From: an uncultured Actinomycetes bacterium
GTDB taxonomy: Bacteria; Actinomycetota; Actinomycetes; Streptosporangiales; Streptosporangiaceae
Length of the DNA: 64,000 bases
Assembly: GCA_963837515.1 (NCBI GenBank)
Contig: CAWINT010000011.1
Location: forward strand, 249,242-313,241
Direction: 5' to 3'
Part shown: positions 26,421-35,055 of the stretch, in pieces
How positions within the stretch are numbered: the stretch's first letter is position 1
Layout of the letters: every line of letters begins with the position of its first letter
Notes under the pieces: model-generated
The model's database searches: none
Seen by the model: the letters and a program-made list of their open reading frames with translations, nothing else
Told to the model about the DNA's origin: nothing
Program-made: the position numbers and the translations under genes

Positions 26421-28582
26421 ACCTGCTCCGGGCGGCCACTGGCCCGGCTTTCCGCGACGGCGATCGTCGCCTTGGTCGTGGCGATCAGCGAGTCGAGCGG
26501 GATCGGCAGCGCGGTGCCGGCCCGGCAGGACTCGATGAACCGCTGGAGTTCCGTCCGCTGCCCCTTGTCCTGGCCGCCACGCGCCTTGCTGCTGCTCCGC
26601 TTCCGGCCGGCCCAGACACTCGCCTCGGTGAAGTTGTCCAGCCGGGCGCTGCAGCCGCCTGCCCCGGCGTCCAGCGTCTCCTTGGGGAACCGCCCGTTAC
26701 CGGTCGTCAGGTAGCTGATGGTCCCGGTGGCGCCGTTGCCGAACCGGACGATGGCCTGGACGTCTTCGGGGTCGGCGCCGGAGACCGCGTACACCTCCTC
26801 GGGGAGGCTGTCCGCCCACCAGCTGAGCGTGTCGATGAAATGGCCGCCCTCGCCGGTGAACCGCGATCCTTCCAGCTCCTCGTTCAGGTACCAGCTGCCG
26901 GTGTCCAGCCGACCCGCGTTCACCAGGTACCGCGTGCTCGCGGTGGCGGCCGCGGGGCCGAACCGGGTCCGCAGCTCGGTCAGCAGCGGCGCGAACCGGC
27001 GGTTGAACCCGACCATGAGCCGGTCGTTGCCGGTCTTCTCCACCACGTCGAGGATGCGTTCCGTTTCCTCCCTGGTCAGCGCCAGGGGCTTTTCCACGAA
27101 GACCGCCTTGCCGGTTTCCAGTGCCCGGCAGACCAGTTCGGCGTGGGTGTGATGGCGGGTCACGACGAAGATCACGTCAAGCGACGAGTCCTCCAGCACG
27201 GCGTCCGCGCGGGTGGAGGCGACGGCGAAGCCGAACCGCTGCTGCGCGTTCACCGCGGACAGCGACCGGTTGGTGGCGACGTGGGCGAGCCGGACAGCGG
27301 AGTCCTTGGCCAGGTGGGGCAGCAGCATCGAGGTGGCGTAGCTGCCCGCGCCGATGAACCCGACCGCCAGCTGGCCCGCTTTGGCCTGCGCCGCGGACGG
27401 GGTGCGGGCCAGCAGCCGGGTGGTGGCGGGCGGCCCGGTGCGCGTCTCCGGCTTCGGGTACTCCAGCAGCACCCCGACCGCCTGCAGCGCACCCGAACCC
27501 AGGTCCTCGTACGCCGAGGCCGCCTTCTCGATCGGGAAAGTGCCGCTGATCAGGGATTCGACCTCGATGTCCTTGCGGGCCAGCAGGTCGAGGAAGCATT
27601 CCAGGTTGCGCCGCTCGGTCCAGCGGACGTAGCCGGCCGGGTAGTCGACGCCCTCCAGCTCGTAGCGGTCGTCATAGCGGCCCGGGCCGTAGGACCGGGA
27701 GAACCGGACGTCGAGTTCTTTGTCGTAGTAGGCGTTCCAGGGCAGGTCCAGCCGGGTCTTGCCGATGTCCACCACCCGGGCCCGGTCCCGGGCCAGCTTG
27801 GCGGCGATCTCGGCCGGGCCGTTGGAGTGCCCGCCCGCGGTGATCAGCACGTGGTCGGCGCCGCGGCCGCCGGTCAGCCCGGCCAGCGCCTGCTCCACGG
27901 CGGCCAGTCCCGCACCGCTGGGGGCGCCGCAGCGTACCGCGCCCGCCTGCTCAGCGAGCTGGCAACGGTCGGCGTTCAGGTCCAGGCCGACCACCCGGAC
28001 CCCGGCCGCGAGCAGCAGCCGGACGGCCAGCTGGCCGACCAGGCCCAGGCCGATGACGCAGGCCGTCTCGCCCAGCTGGACCTCGGCCTGCCGCACCCCC
28101 TGCATGGCGATGGCCCCGACCGTGGCGAAGGCGGCATGCTCGGGCGCCACGTCCGGCGGCACGGGGACACACATATTGACCGGGATCCAGTTGTACTCCG
28201 CGTGCAGCGCGTACTCATTGCCGGCCGCGGCGACCAGCTGGCCCACCTGGAACTCGGCGGCCCCGCGGCCAACCTCGGTGACCACGCCGCACAGCGAGTA
28301 CCCCAGCGGGGTATAGGAGTCCAGCTTGGTCATGGCCTTCTTGTACGTGGTCACCAGGCCCTGCTGGGACACCGAGTCCATCACCTTGCGGACCTGGTCG
28401 GGACGCGCCCGGGCCATGCCGACCAGCGACATCTTGGCCTCGGTCACCTTCATCATCTCGGTGCCGGTCGAGATGAGCGAGAAAAATGACTGGACGAGGA
28501 CGCCGCCCGGCCGGCCCGTCGGAGCCGGCACGTCCAGGACGGCGAGTTCCCCGGACTTGTAATTCTGTGCTATCTGCTTCAT
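26417..28582 (-). CDS. Bi-domain oxidoreductase: N-terminal Zn-type alcohol dehydrogenase (MDR) + C-terminal Gfo/Idh/MocA
   Basis: 721 aa. Two Rossmann motifs (VIGLGLVGQLAV and GFIGAGSYA) and a GroES-like N-terminus (LVQSFFSLISTGTE). Confidence 0.7.
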   Translation of the reverse strand: MKQIAQNYKSGELAVLDVPAPTGRPGGVLVQSFFSLISTGTEMMKVTEAKMSLVGMARARPDQVRKVMDSVSQQGLVTTYKKAMTKLDSYTPLGYSLCGVVTEVGRGAAEFQVGQLVAAAGNEYALHAEYNWIPVNMCVPVPPDVAPEHAAFATVGAIAMQGVRQAEVQLGETACVIGLGLVGQLAVRLLLAAGVRVVGLDLNADRCQLAEQAGAVRCGAPSGAGLAAVEQALAGLTGGRGADHVLITAGGHSNGPAEIAAKLARDRARVVDIGKTRLDLPWNAYYDKELDVRFSRSYGPGRYDDRYELEGVDYPAGYVRWTERRNLECFLDLLARKDIEVESLISGTFPIEKAASAYEDLGSGALQAVGVLLEYPKPETRTGPPATTRLLARTPSAAQAKAGQLAVGFIGAGSYATSMLLPHLAKDSAVRLAHVATNRSLSAVNAQQRFGFAVASTRADAVLEDSSLDVIFVVTRHHTHAELVCRALETGKAVFVEKPLALTREETERILDVVEKTGNDRLMVGFNRRFAPLLTELRTRFGPAAATASTRYLVNAGRLDTGSWYLNEELEGSRFTGEGGHFIDTLSWWADSLPEEVYAVSGADPEDVQAIVRFGNGATGTISYLTTGNGRFPKETLDAGAGGCSARLDNFTEASVWAGRKRSSSKARGGQDKGQRTELQRFIESCRAGTALPIPLDSLIATTKATIAVAESRASGRPEQV

Positions 28583-28616
28583 CCCGTCCCCTGGTCACGG
28601 GTCCTCAGGTCATCCG

Positions 28617-30524
28617 TCATGCCGCCACGCCCATGGACTGGGCGTGGCGGTACCACAGCTCCAGCGAGAGCAGCTGCCAGATCTGTTTGGACCGGTCCTC
28701 GCGGCCGGCCTGGTCGTCAGCGATGAGCCGCCGCAGTGCGTCCCGGCGGAGCATCCCGGATTCGACCAGCTCGCCGCCGACGAGCACGTCCTGGATGACC
28801 TCGCGCAGGTCCTCGCGCACCCAGGCGCGCAGCGGCGCGCTGAACGAGGCCTTGGGCCGGTAGACGATCTCCTTCGGCAGCCACGCTTCGGCGGCCCGCT
28901 TGAGCGCCACCTTGCCCTGCCGCCCGCGGATCTTGTCGCCGCCGGGAATCGAAAACGCCGCGCGAGCCACCACCGGGTCCACGAACGGGACGCGCACCTC
29001 CACCGAGGCCGCCATGCTGGCCCGGTCCGTATAGGCAAGGTTCAGGCCAGGCAGGAAGAGCCGGGAATCGGCCAGGCACATCCGGTTGACCTCGTCGCCC
29101 AGGTCGTTGTCCTGGTAGATCTCGGCGTGCTCAGCCAGCACCGCGTTGACGTGCCGGGCCAGGTCCGGGCTGAGCAGGGCGGTGAGCTCGTCCGGGTCGT
29201 AAAGCGTATAGCTGCGCCGGAAGCGCGGCTCCTCGGGCAGGTCGGCGAAGGTCAGAAAGCGCTTGGCCCACCGGGCGTAGCGCAGGCCGCGGCCGGCCGC
29301 GACCACCGGCAGCCGGCCGGTCGTGGCCGACACGGCCGCCCGGGCCGGGCCCGGCACCCGGCTGTACTTGCTGGCCAGGACGCAGGCCAGGTGCTTGCGG
29401 TAGCCGCCGAACAGCTCATCGGCGCCCATCCCGGACAGCACGACCTTCACCCCGCGCTCCCGGGCTGCCTCGCACATCAGCAGCGTGTTGATGGCGGCCG
29501 GATCACCGATCGGCTCGTCCAGGACGTCCACGATCTGGGGCAGCATCCCGGCGATGTCCGGGGATATCTCGATCTCGTGCAGCGAGATGCCGTACTGTGC
29601 CGCGACCTTCCGGGCGTACACCGCGTCATCGGGCATCGCCTCCAGCCGCTGGTCCTGGGCACGGAAGGCGATCGTGTACGCGTCGATCTCCGGGTTGGCC
29701 CGGTGGGCCAGGACGGTGACGATGCTGGAGTCCAGGCCACCGGACAGGAAGCTGGACACGGGGACGTCCGAGACCAGGTGAGCGTTGACCGACTCCTCGA
29801 TCACCGCGCCCAGATCCTCGGCGGGCCCGGCGGCGGCCGCGGCGGCCACGTCCGCCACCCGCCAGTAGTGCTGCACGGAGGACCGGCCATCCGCGGTGAA
29901 CCGGCCCCATGACCCGGGGGGCAGCTTACGCACGCCGTCGATGGCGCAGCGCTGCTCGGGCAGCCAGTAGTACAGCATCGACGCCACCAGGGCGCCGGGC
30001 TCCATGCGCAGTTCCGCGCCCGCGGCGGCCACGAGTGCCTTCAGCTCGGAGGAGAAAACCACGCCGCTGCCGCGGGGCAGGTAGTACAGCGGCTTGATGC
30101 CCAGCGGGTCACGAGCCAGCACCAGGTCGCCGGTGCCCTCGTCGAACAGCGCGAAGGCGTACATGCCGCGGAACCGTTGCAGCGCGCCCGGGCCCCAGCG
30201 GCGCCAGGCCTCCAGCACCACCTCGGTGTCCGAGCTGGTGGTGAAGCGGACCCCGTGAGCGGTCAGTTCGGCGCGCAGATCCTGGTAGTTGTACAGCTCA
30301 CCGTTGTAGATGAGGGTCAGGCCGTCGCGGTGCAGCGGCTGGTCGGCCAGGGCGCTGAGGTCGATGATCGACAGTCGCCGGAAGCCGAACTGCACGGCCG
30401 GGCCGGGCCCCGTGTTGCTCCAGGTCCCGCTGGAGTCCGGCCCGCGGTGCGCGATCCGGTCGCTCATGATGTCCACGAGCTTGGCGCCGTCCGCCTGCTG
30501 GTAGCACCCGGCGATGCCGCACAT
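28617..30524 (-). CDS. asnB: Asparagine synthase (glutamine-hydrolysing)-family amidotransferase
   Basis: 635 aa. MCGIAG N-terminal nucleophile Cys and the SGGLDSS PP-loop motif. Confidence 0.85.
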   Translation of the reverse strand: MCGIAGCYQQADGAKLVDIMSDRIAHRGPDSSGTWSNTGPGPAVQFGFRRLSIIDLSALADQPLHRDGLTLIYNGELYNYQDLRAELTAHGVRFTTSSDTEVVLEAWRRWGPGALQRFRGMYAFALFDEGTGDLVLARDPLGIKPLYYLPRGSGVVFSSELKALVAAAGAELRMEPGALVASMLYYWLPEQRCAIDGVRKLPPGSWGRFTADGRSSVQHYWRVADVAAAAAAGPAEDLGAVIEESVNAHLVSDVPVSSFLSGGLDSSIVTVLAHRANPEIDAYTIAFRAQDQRLEAMPDDAVYARKVAAQYGISLHEIEISPDIAGMLPQIVDVLDEPIGDPAAINTLLMCEAARERGVKVVLSGMGADELFGGYRKHLACVLASKYSRVPGPARAAVSATTGRLPVVAAGRGLRYARWAKRFLTFADLPEEPRFRRSYTLYDPDELTALLSPDLARHVNAVLAEHAEIYQDNDLGDEVNRMCLADSRLFLPGLNLAYTDRASMAASVEVRVPFVDPVVARAAFSIPGGDKIRGRQGKVALKRAAEAWLPKEIVYRPKASFSAPLRAWVREDLREVIQDVLVGGELVESGMLRRDALRRLIADDQAGREDRSKQIWQLLSLELWYRHAQSMGVAA

Positions 30525-30525
30525 G

Positions 30526-31758
30526 TCAGCTCCCCGCCCGGCCGGTCAGCCGGCGGTACACGTCGAGATAGGCCCGCCGCTGGTGGCTCCAGGCCAGGTG
30601 CTGCTCGACCCGGGCCCGGCCCAGCTTGCCGAGGCGCGCCCGCCGCGGCTCGTCGTCCATGAGGGCGACCAGGGCGGTGGCGTACTCCTCGACGTCGTTG
30701 GGGGTGACGTACACCCCCGCCTCACCGGCCGAGATCCGCGTCTCCCGCAGGTCGAACGCGAGCACGGGCAGCTCGAACGCCATGTACTCCATGGTCTTGT
30801 TCATCGTGGACACGTCGTTGAGCGGGTTCTTCGGGTCGGGCGAGAGCCCGACGTGGGCGGTTGACATGACGCGCCGGACCAGATCGTCCGGGGCGCGGCC
30901 GGTGAACTCGACGTAATCGCCCAGGTCCAGCTCATCGCGCAGCGCGACCAGTTCGTCGAAGGAGTCGCCCTTGCCGATCAGCGTGAAGGCGATGTCGGCC
31001 CGGCCGAGCTTGTGCACCACGATGTCGGCGGCCCGCAGCACGATGTCGACCCCGTCCTGCGGCCCCATGACGCCGATGTAGGCGGCCAGGTACGGCCGCC
31101 CGCGGCGCAGCTCCGGGTGCTCCGCGCCGCGGCGCAGGAAGTCGGGGTCAGGCCCGGTCCGGACGACGGTGACGTCGGCGGGGGCCTTCCCGCTCCGCCG
31201 GATCGCGATCTCCCGGTAGGAGTCGTTGGTGGCGATCACCTGATCCGCGGCCCGGTGGGTCCGGCGCTCAAGTGCCCGCAGCCCCCGGTAGGGGAGTCTC
31301 GGGCCGTCCGGGAAACGGGACTCGAAGAGCTCCGGGCACAGGTCGTGGTGGTCGAACACGAACCGGGTGCGGTCGAAGGCCCGCAGCGCCTGCGCGATAG
31401 GCCAGAAGATGTCCGGCGGGTTGCAGGCCTGGAACACCGCGAACCGGCCGTGCCGGCGCGCCCGTAGGGTGCCCCACGCCGTAGCCGCGAACGAGTAGGC
31501 GTACTCCGCGATGAAGCTGGCCTTGCTGCCGCCTGGTGCGTACGGCCGGTACTTGTACAACTCCACCGTGTCCAGGACGGCGTACCCCGGATCCCCGGGC
31601 CCCTTCGGGCACACGACGGCGACCTGGTACCCGTCGGCCACGAGCGCCTGGCATTCGAGCCACACCCGCCGGTCGAAGGGCACCGGAAGGTTCTGGACGA
31701 TGATGAGGACACGAGCCGCCCGTCCGGCCGCTCGCGGGCGGTCGTGCTGCCGCCTCAC
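30526..31758 (-). CDS. Family-4 glycosyltransferase
   Basis: ORF track 30526..31896 has an Arg/Cys-rich N-terminal extension that looks atypical. The probable start is the GTG at 31758 (VRRQHD...RVLIIVQNLPVPFDRRV). E-x7-E-like EYMAFELPVLAF near the C-terminus. The start is uncertain. Confidence 0.65.
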   Translation of the reverse strand: MRRQHDRPRAAGRAARVLIIVQNLPVPFDRRVWLECQALVADGYQVAVVCPKGPGDPGYAVLDTVELYKYRPYAPGGSKASFIAEYAYSFAATAWGTLRARRHGRFAVFQACNPPDIFWPIAQALRAFDRTRFVFDHHDLCPELFESRFPDGPRLPYRGLRALERRTHRAADQVIATNDSYREIAIRRSGKAPADVTVVRTGPDPDFLRRGAEHPELRRGRPYLAAYIGVMGPQDGVDIVLRAADIVVHKLGRADIAFTLIGKGDSFDELVALRDELDLGDYVEFTGRAPDDLVRRVMSTAHVGLSPDPKNPLNDVSTMNKTMEYMAFELPVLAFDLRETRISAGEAGVYVTPNDVEEYATALVALMDDEPRRARLGKLGRARVEQHLAWSHQRRAYLDVYRRLTGRAGS

Positions 31759-31896
31759 GGCGCAACCGTGCTCAGCGCGGCCACCGCAACCTCCATCGCG
31801 CCACCCCCTAGAAATCCGGTCGCCAAAGTAATGGGCACATACGTGCTGACTCCCATAGGAGCGCCGCCGGGCGGCGGTGATACGGCGAAATTGCAC

Positions 31897-32165
31897 CCGG
31901 CTGGCGATCCGGAGGGCACGGGGTCCAATTACTTACGCTTAGTAGTTGAGAGAATGCTCTATGTATTCAATGGTCGGCCGGCGCTTGACCCCTGGGGGCA
32001 GGCCGCTGCGCCCGGTTAGGCGGCCAGGCGGCCGGGGATGTATCAGGGCGCGGCCGCCAAGGTTCCTCTAGCCTGCGGGGGTGTAGCTGTCTGGTGGCGG
32101 GGCCACGTCATTTCCGGGAGTCATGGGGTGGGCTTGAGATGAGGATCATGGTTACGTCGGCGTGA
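31897..32165. promoter_or_regulatory. Divergent intergenic (promoter) region with an AT-rich island
   Basis: 269 bp between divergently oriented operons. nt ~31926-31975 (ccaattacttacgcttagtagttgagagaatgctctatgtattcaatgg) is far more AT-rich than anything else in the window. No convincing -35/-10 pair could be assigned by eye. Confidence 0.4.
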
Positions 32166-34415
32166 TTGGTTTCCCGAGCACGGCGAAGAATGGAGCAGGT
32201 GAGCTCGGCCGGCAGGCCCGCCAGCACCCCCCGGCCGCCAGCGTGCCCCCGCTGTATCCTGGGCCGGGCGCGGCCCGGCCGGTCCGCGCGACGGCCCGCA
32301 GATCCGGTGGTGCACGTGGCCGCTGAGGCGAGTTCCCGGCCGGGCGCCGGGCTGGGCCGGTCCTGGGCGGCGGTGCGGCAGCGGCTGCCGCGGCAGGGGG
32401 TCCGGCGGCTCGGCTGGGGGGTCGCGGACCAGGCGGTCTCCAGCGTCACCAACTTCGCCATCACCCTGTACGTCGCCCGCGCCCTCGGGGCCACGCAGCT
32501 CGGTGCGTTCAGCCTGGCGTACGTGACCTACTCCTTCGTGCTGACCGCGTCCCGCGGCCTGTCCACCGACCCGCTCATGGTCAGGTTCAGCAGCAGTGAC
32601 CTGCCGGCCTGGCGGCGGGCCGTGGCCAGCTGCACGGGCACCGCGACGGTGGTGGGGCTGGTCTCCGGGGCCGCCGTGCTCGGCGTGGCCGCGCTGCTGG
32701 ACGGTACCGCCCAGGCCGGCTTCCTGGCCCTGGGACTGACGCTGCCCGGGCTGATGCTCCAGGACAGCTGGCGCTACTCGTTCTTCGCGCTCGGCCGCGG
32801 CAGCCAGGCCTTCCTCAACGACCTGGTCTGGGCGGTGACGATGGTCCCCGGCCTGCTCTACCTGCGGGTGACGGGCCACGAGAACGTGTTCTGGTTCGTA
32901 CTCGTCTGGGGGGCAGCGGCGGCCGTGGCCGCCGCGATCGGACCGCTGCAGGCGCGGGTCATGCCGCGGCCGGGCCAGCTCCTGGCCTGGCTGGCGGACC
33001 ACCGCGACCTCGGGTTCCGCTACCTGGCCGAGAACACGGCCAACAGCGGCGCGGGCCAGCTGCGGCTGACCGGCATCGGCCTCCTCGCGGGACTGGCCGC
33101 AGTCGGCTACGTCCAGGCGGCCTTCACCCTGATGGGGCCGTTCCTCGTCATCTACATGGGGCTGTCCCTGGTCACCGTGCCAGAGGCGGCCCGGGTGCTG
33201 CGCCGGTCCGCCCGGCACCTGTGGCTGTTCAGCCTCGGCGTCGGCGTGACGCTGATGATCATGGGCCTGGCCTGGGGAGCGGTGTTGCTGGTGGCGCTGC
33301 CCCGCGGGCTGGGCCAGCTGCTGCTGGGCGGGATCTGGCGGCCGGCTTATCCGCTGGTGTTGCCGCTCACGATCTCCGTGGGGGGCGCGTGCGTCTCGGC
33401 CGGTGCCACCGCGGGCCTGCACGCCCTGGGGGCGGCCCGGCGGAGCCTGCGCGCCATGCTGCTGGCCTCGGCCGTCTACCTGGGCGGTGCCCTGCTGGGC
33501 GCGTACCTGGGAGGCGCGATCGGGTCGGTTCGGGGCATCGCCGTAGCGACCTGGATCGGCGCGGCGGCCTGGTGGTGGCAGATGCACGCGGGCCTTAAGG
33601 AGCATGGCCGGGCGCCCGCGGTGGCCGCGGTACAGCCCGCCCCGTCGCCCGGGCGGCATCGGCACGTCCCGGTGCCATCCCTCATCCCGTCGCTGGACGA
33701 CACCGTGCCGCTCGTCCCGATTCCCCGGGCGGCCGCCGCTGGCCCAGGGACCGGGCGCCGTGCCCAGCCCGTGGCCCGGCACCGGATGCCCGGGCGGACC
33801 AGGGCGCTGATCGCGACCGGCAGCCTGGTCGCGATGACGGCGGTGGCGGCGACCGGCTGGATGCTGGTGCACGGGCCGGCCAGGGCGCACCAGAACGCCG
33901 CTGCCCCGGGCCGGGCCCGCCCCCAGGCCCCGGACGTGGTCAAGGTCGCCCCAGCGTCCGCCGCCCACGAACTGCTGCCGGTGCGCGCGGCGTCGTTCGA
34001 CCCGTACGGTCAGGGCCAGAGCGAGAACAGCTCGCTCGCGTTCTTCGCCATCGACGGCCGCCCGGCCACCGCGTGGCGCAGCGAGTGGTACATGACCCCG
34101 CACCTGGGCGGCCTCAAGCCGGGCACCGGCCTGCTCCTCGACCTGGGCCGGAAAGCCTCCATCAGCAGCGTCCAGGTTCGCCTCGGCCCGGCCCGGGGCG
34201 CCACGTTCCAGCTCAGAATCGGTAACCGCAGCGCTGCGCTGCACGACCTCCGGGTCGTTGCGCGCGCCGTGGACGCCGGCGGGCAGGTACGGCTCCGGCT
34301 GGCCCAGCCGTTGCGGGGCCGTTACGTCCTCATCTGGTTCACTGCCCTGCCGCCCGACCCGTCCGGTACCTTCCAGGCAAGCGTCTTCAGCGTCCGGCTC
34401 AGGGGATGGTCATGA
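32166..34415 (+). CDS. Wzx/RfbX-like polysaccharide flippase fused to an extra TM helix and a C-terminal extracytoplasmic carbohydrate-binding-like domain
   Basis: 749 aa (TTG at 32166; an alternative ATG at 32190). GWGVADQAVSSVTNFAITLYVARALG... begins a multi-TM polysaccharide-export domain. After a ~60-aa linker comes a further TM (ALIATGSLVAMTAVAATGWMLV), then a ~190-aa domain with FDPYGQGQSENSSLAFFAIDGRPATAWRSEWY...LKPGTGLLLDLG. Confidence 0.6.
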   Translation: MVSRARRRMEQVSSAGRPASTPRPPACPRCILGRARPGRSARRPADPVVHVAAEASSRPGAGLGRSWAAVRQRLPRQGVRRLGWGVADQAVSSVTNFAITLYVARALGATQLGAFSLAYVTYSFVLTASRGLSTDPLMVRFSSSDLPAWRRAVASCTGTATVVGLVSGAAVLGVAALLDGTAQAGFLALGLTLPGLMLQDSWRYSFFALGRGSQAFLNDLVWAVTMVPGLLYLRVTGHENVFWFVLVWGAAAAVAAAIGPLQARVMPRPGQLLAWLADHRDLGFRYLAENTANSGAGQLRLTGIGLLAGLAAVGYVQAAFTLMGPFLVIYMGLSLVTVPEAARVLRRSARHLWLFSLGVGVTLMIMGLAWGAVLLVALPRGLGQLLLGGIWRPAYPLVLPLTISVGGACVSAGATAGLHALGAARRSLRAMLLASAVYLGGALLGAYLGGAIGSVRGIAVATWIGAAAWWWQMHAGLKEHGRAPAVAAVQPAPSPGRHRHVPVPSLIPSLDDTVPLVPIPRAAAAGPGTGRRAQPVARHRMPGRTRALIATGSLVAMTAVAATGWMLVHGPARAHQNAAAPGRARPQAPDVVKVAPASAAHELLPVRAASFDPYGQGQSENSSLAFFAIDGRPATAWRSEWYMTPHLGGLKPGTGLLLDLGRKASISSVQVRLGPARGATFQLRIGNRSAALHDLRVVARAVDAGGQVRLRLAQPLRGRYVLIWFTALPPDPSGTFQASVFSVRLRGWS

Positions 34416-34960
34416 TCGTCAGCCCGGTTCCCCGCATCGCCGGGGCCCTGCTGTTCACGCCCGCGCCGCATGTGGATGAGCGTGGCTTCTTCAGCCGTAC
34501 CTTCGATGCGCAGGTGGCCAGGTCGGCCGGGCTCGACCCGGCCGCCTTCGTCCAGGACAGCCTGTCCCGGTCGGCCCGGGGGGTGGTCCGGGGCCTGCAC
34601 CTGCGCCGCGGGGATGGCGAGGCCAAGCTGGTGCGGTGTTCGTACGGCGCGGTCTTCGACGTCATCGTGGACCTGCGGCCCGCCTCCCCGACGTACCGGA
34701 ACTGGGAAAGCTTCGAGCTACGCGACGACGAGCAGGTCTCGCTCTACGTCCCAGCCGGCTGCGCGCATGGTTTCCAGGCGCTGACCGGCCCGGCGGATGT
34801 CGCCTACCGCATCGACCGGGCGCACGACCCGTCCGAGGATGTCTCGATCGCCTTCGACGATCCCGAACTCGCCATCCCGTGGCCGCTGCCGGCCGCCCTG
34901 ATGTCGCCACGGGACCGGGCCGCCCCGTCGCTTGCCGCCGCGCTGAGCGAGCTGGGCTGA
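34406..34960 (+). CDS. rmlC: dTDP-4-dehydrorhamnose 3,5-epimerase-like (cupin)
   Basis: 184 aa. DERGFFSRTF, VRGLHLRRG, KLVRCSYGAVFDVIVDLR and GCAHGF motifs. An alternative ATG at 34412 forms an ATGA overlap with the flippase stop. Confidence 0.8.
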   Translation: MVMIVSPVPRIAGALLFTPAPHVDERGFFSRTFDAQVARSAGLDPAAFVQDSLSRSARGVVRGLHLRRGDGEAKLVRCSYGAVFDVIVDLRPASPTYRNWESFELRDDEQVSLYVPAGCAHGFQALTGPADVAYRIDRAHDPSEDVSIAFDDPELAIPWPLPAALMSPRDRAAPSLAAALSELG

Positions 34961-35038
34961 GCGAGCTGGGCTGAGCGAGCTGGGCTGAGCGAGCTGGGCT
35001 GAGCGAGCTGGGCTGAGCGAGCTGGGCTGAGCGAGCTG
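34941..35038. repeat. 14-bp perfect tandem repeat (GCTGAGCGAGCTGG) x7
   Basis: Copies start at 34941, 34955, 34969, 34983, 34997, 35011 and 35025. The first copy encodes the last residues (LSELG) of RmlC, and the TGA stop (34958-34960) spans the copy 1/copy 2 junction. Confidence 0.95.
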
Positions 35039-35055
35039 GCGGCCGGGCGCCACGG

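Noticed and set aside
34941-35038. CRISPR array interpretation of the 14-bp and 27-bp (21288..21395) repeat arrays
   Set aside because: The units are directly adjacent with no spacers, far shorter than CRISPR repeats, and no cas genes are present. They are simple tandem repeats.
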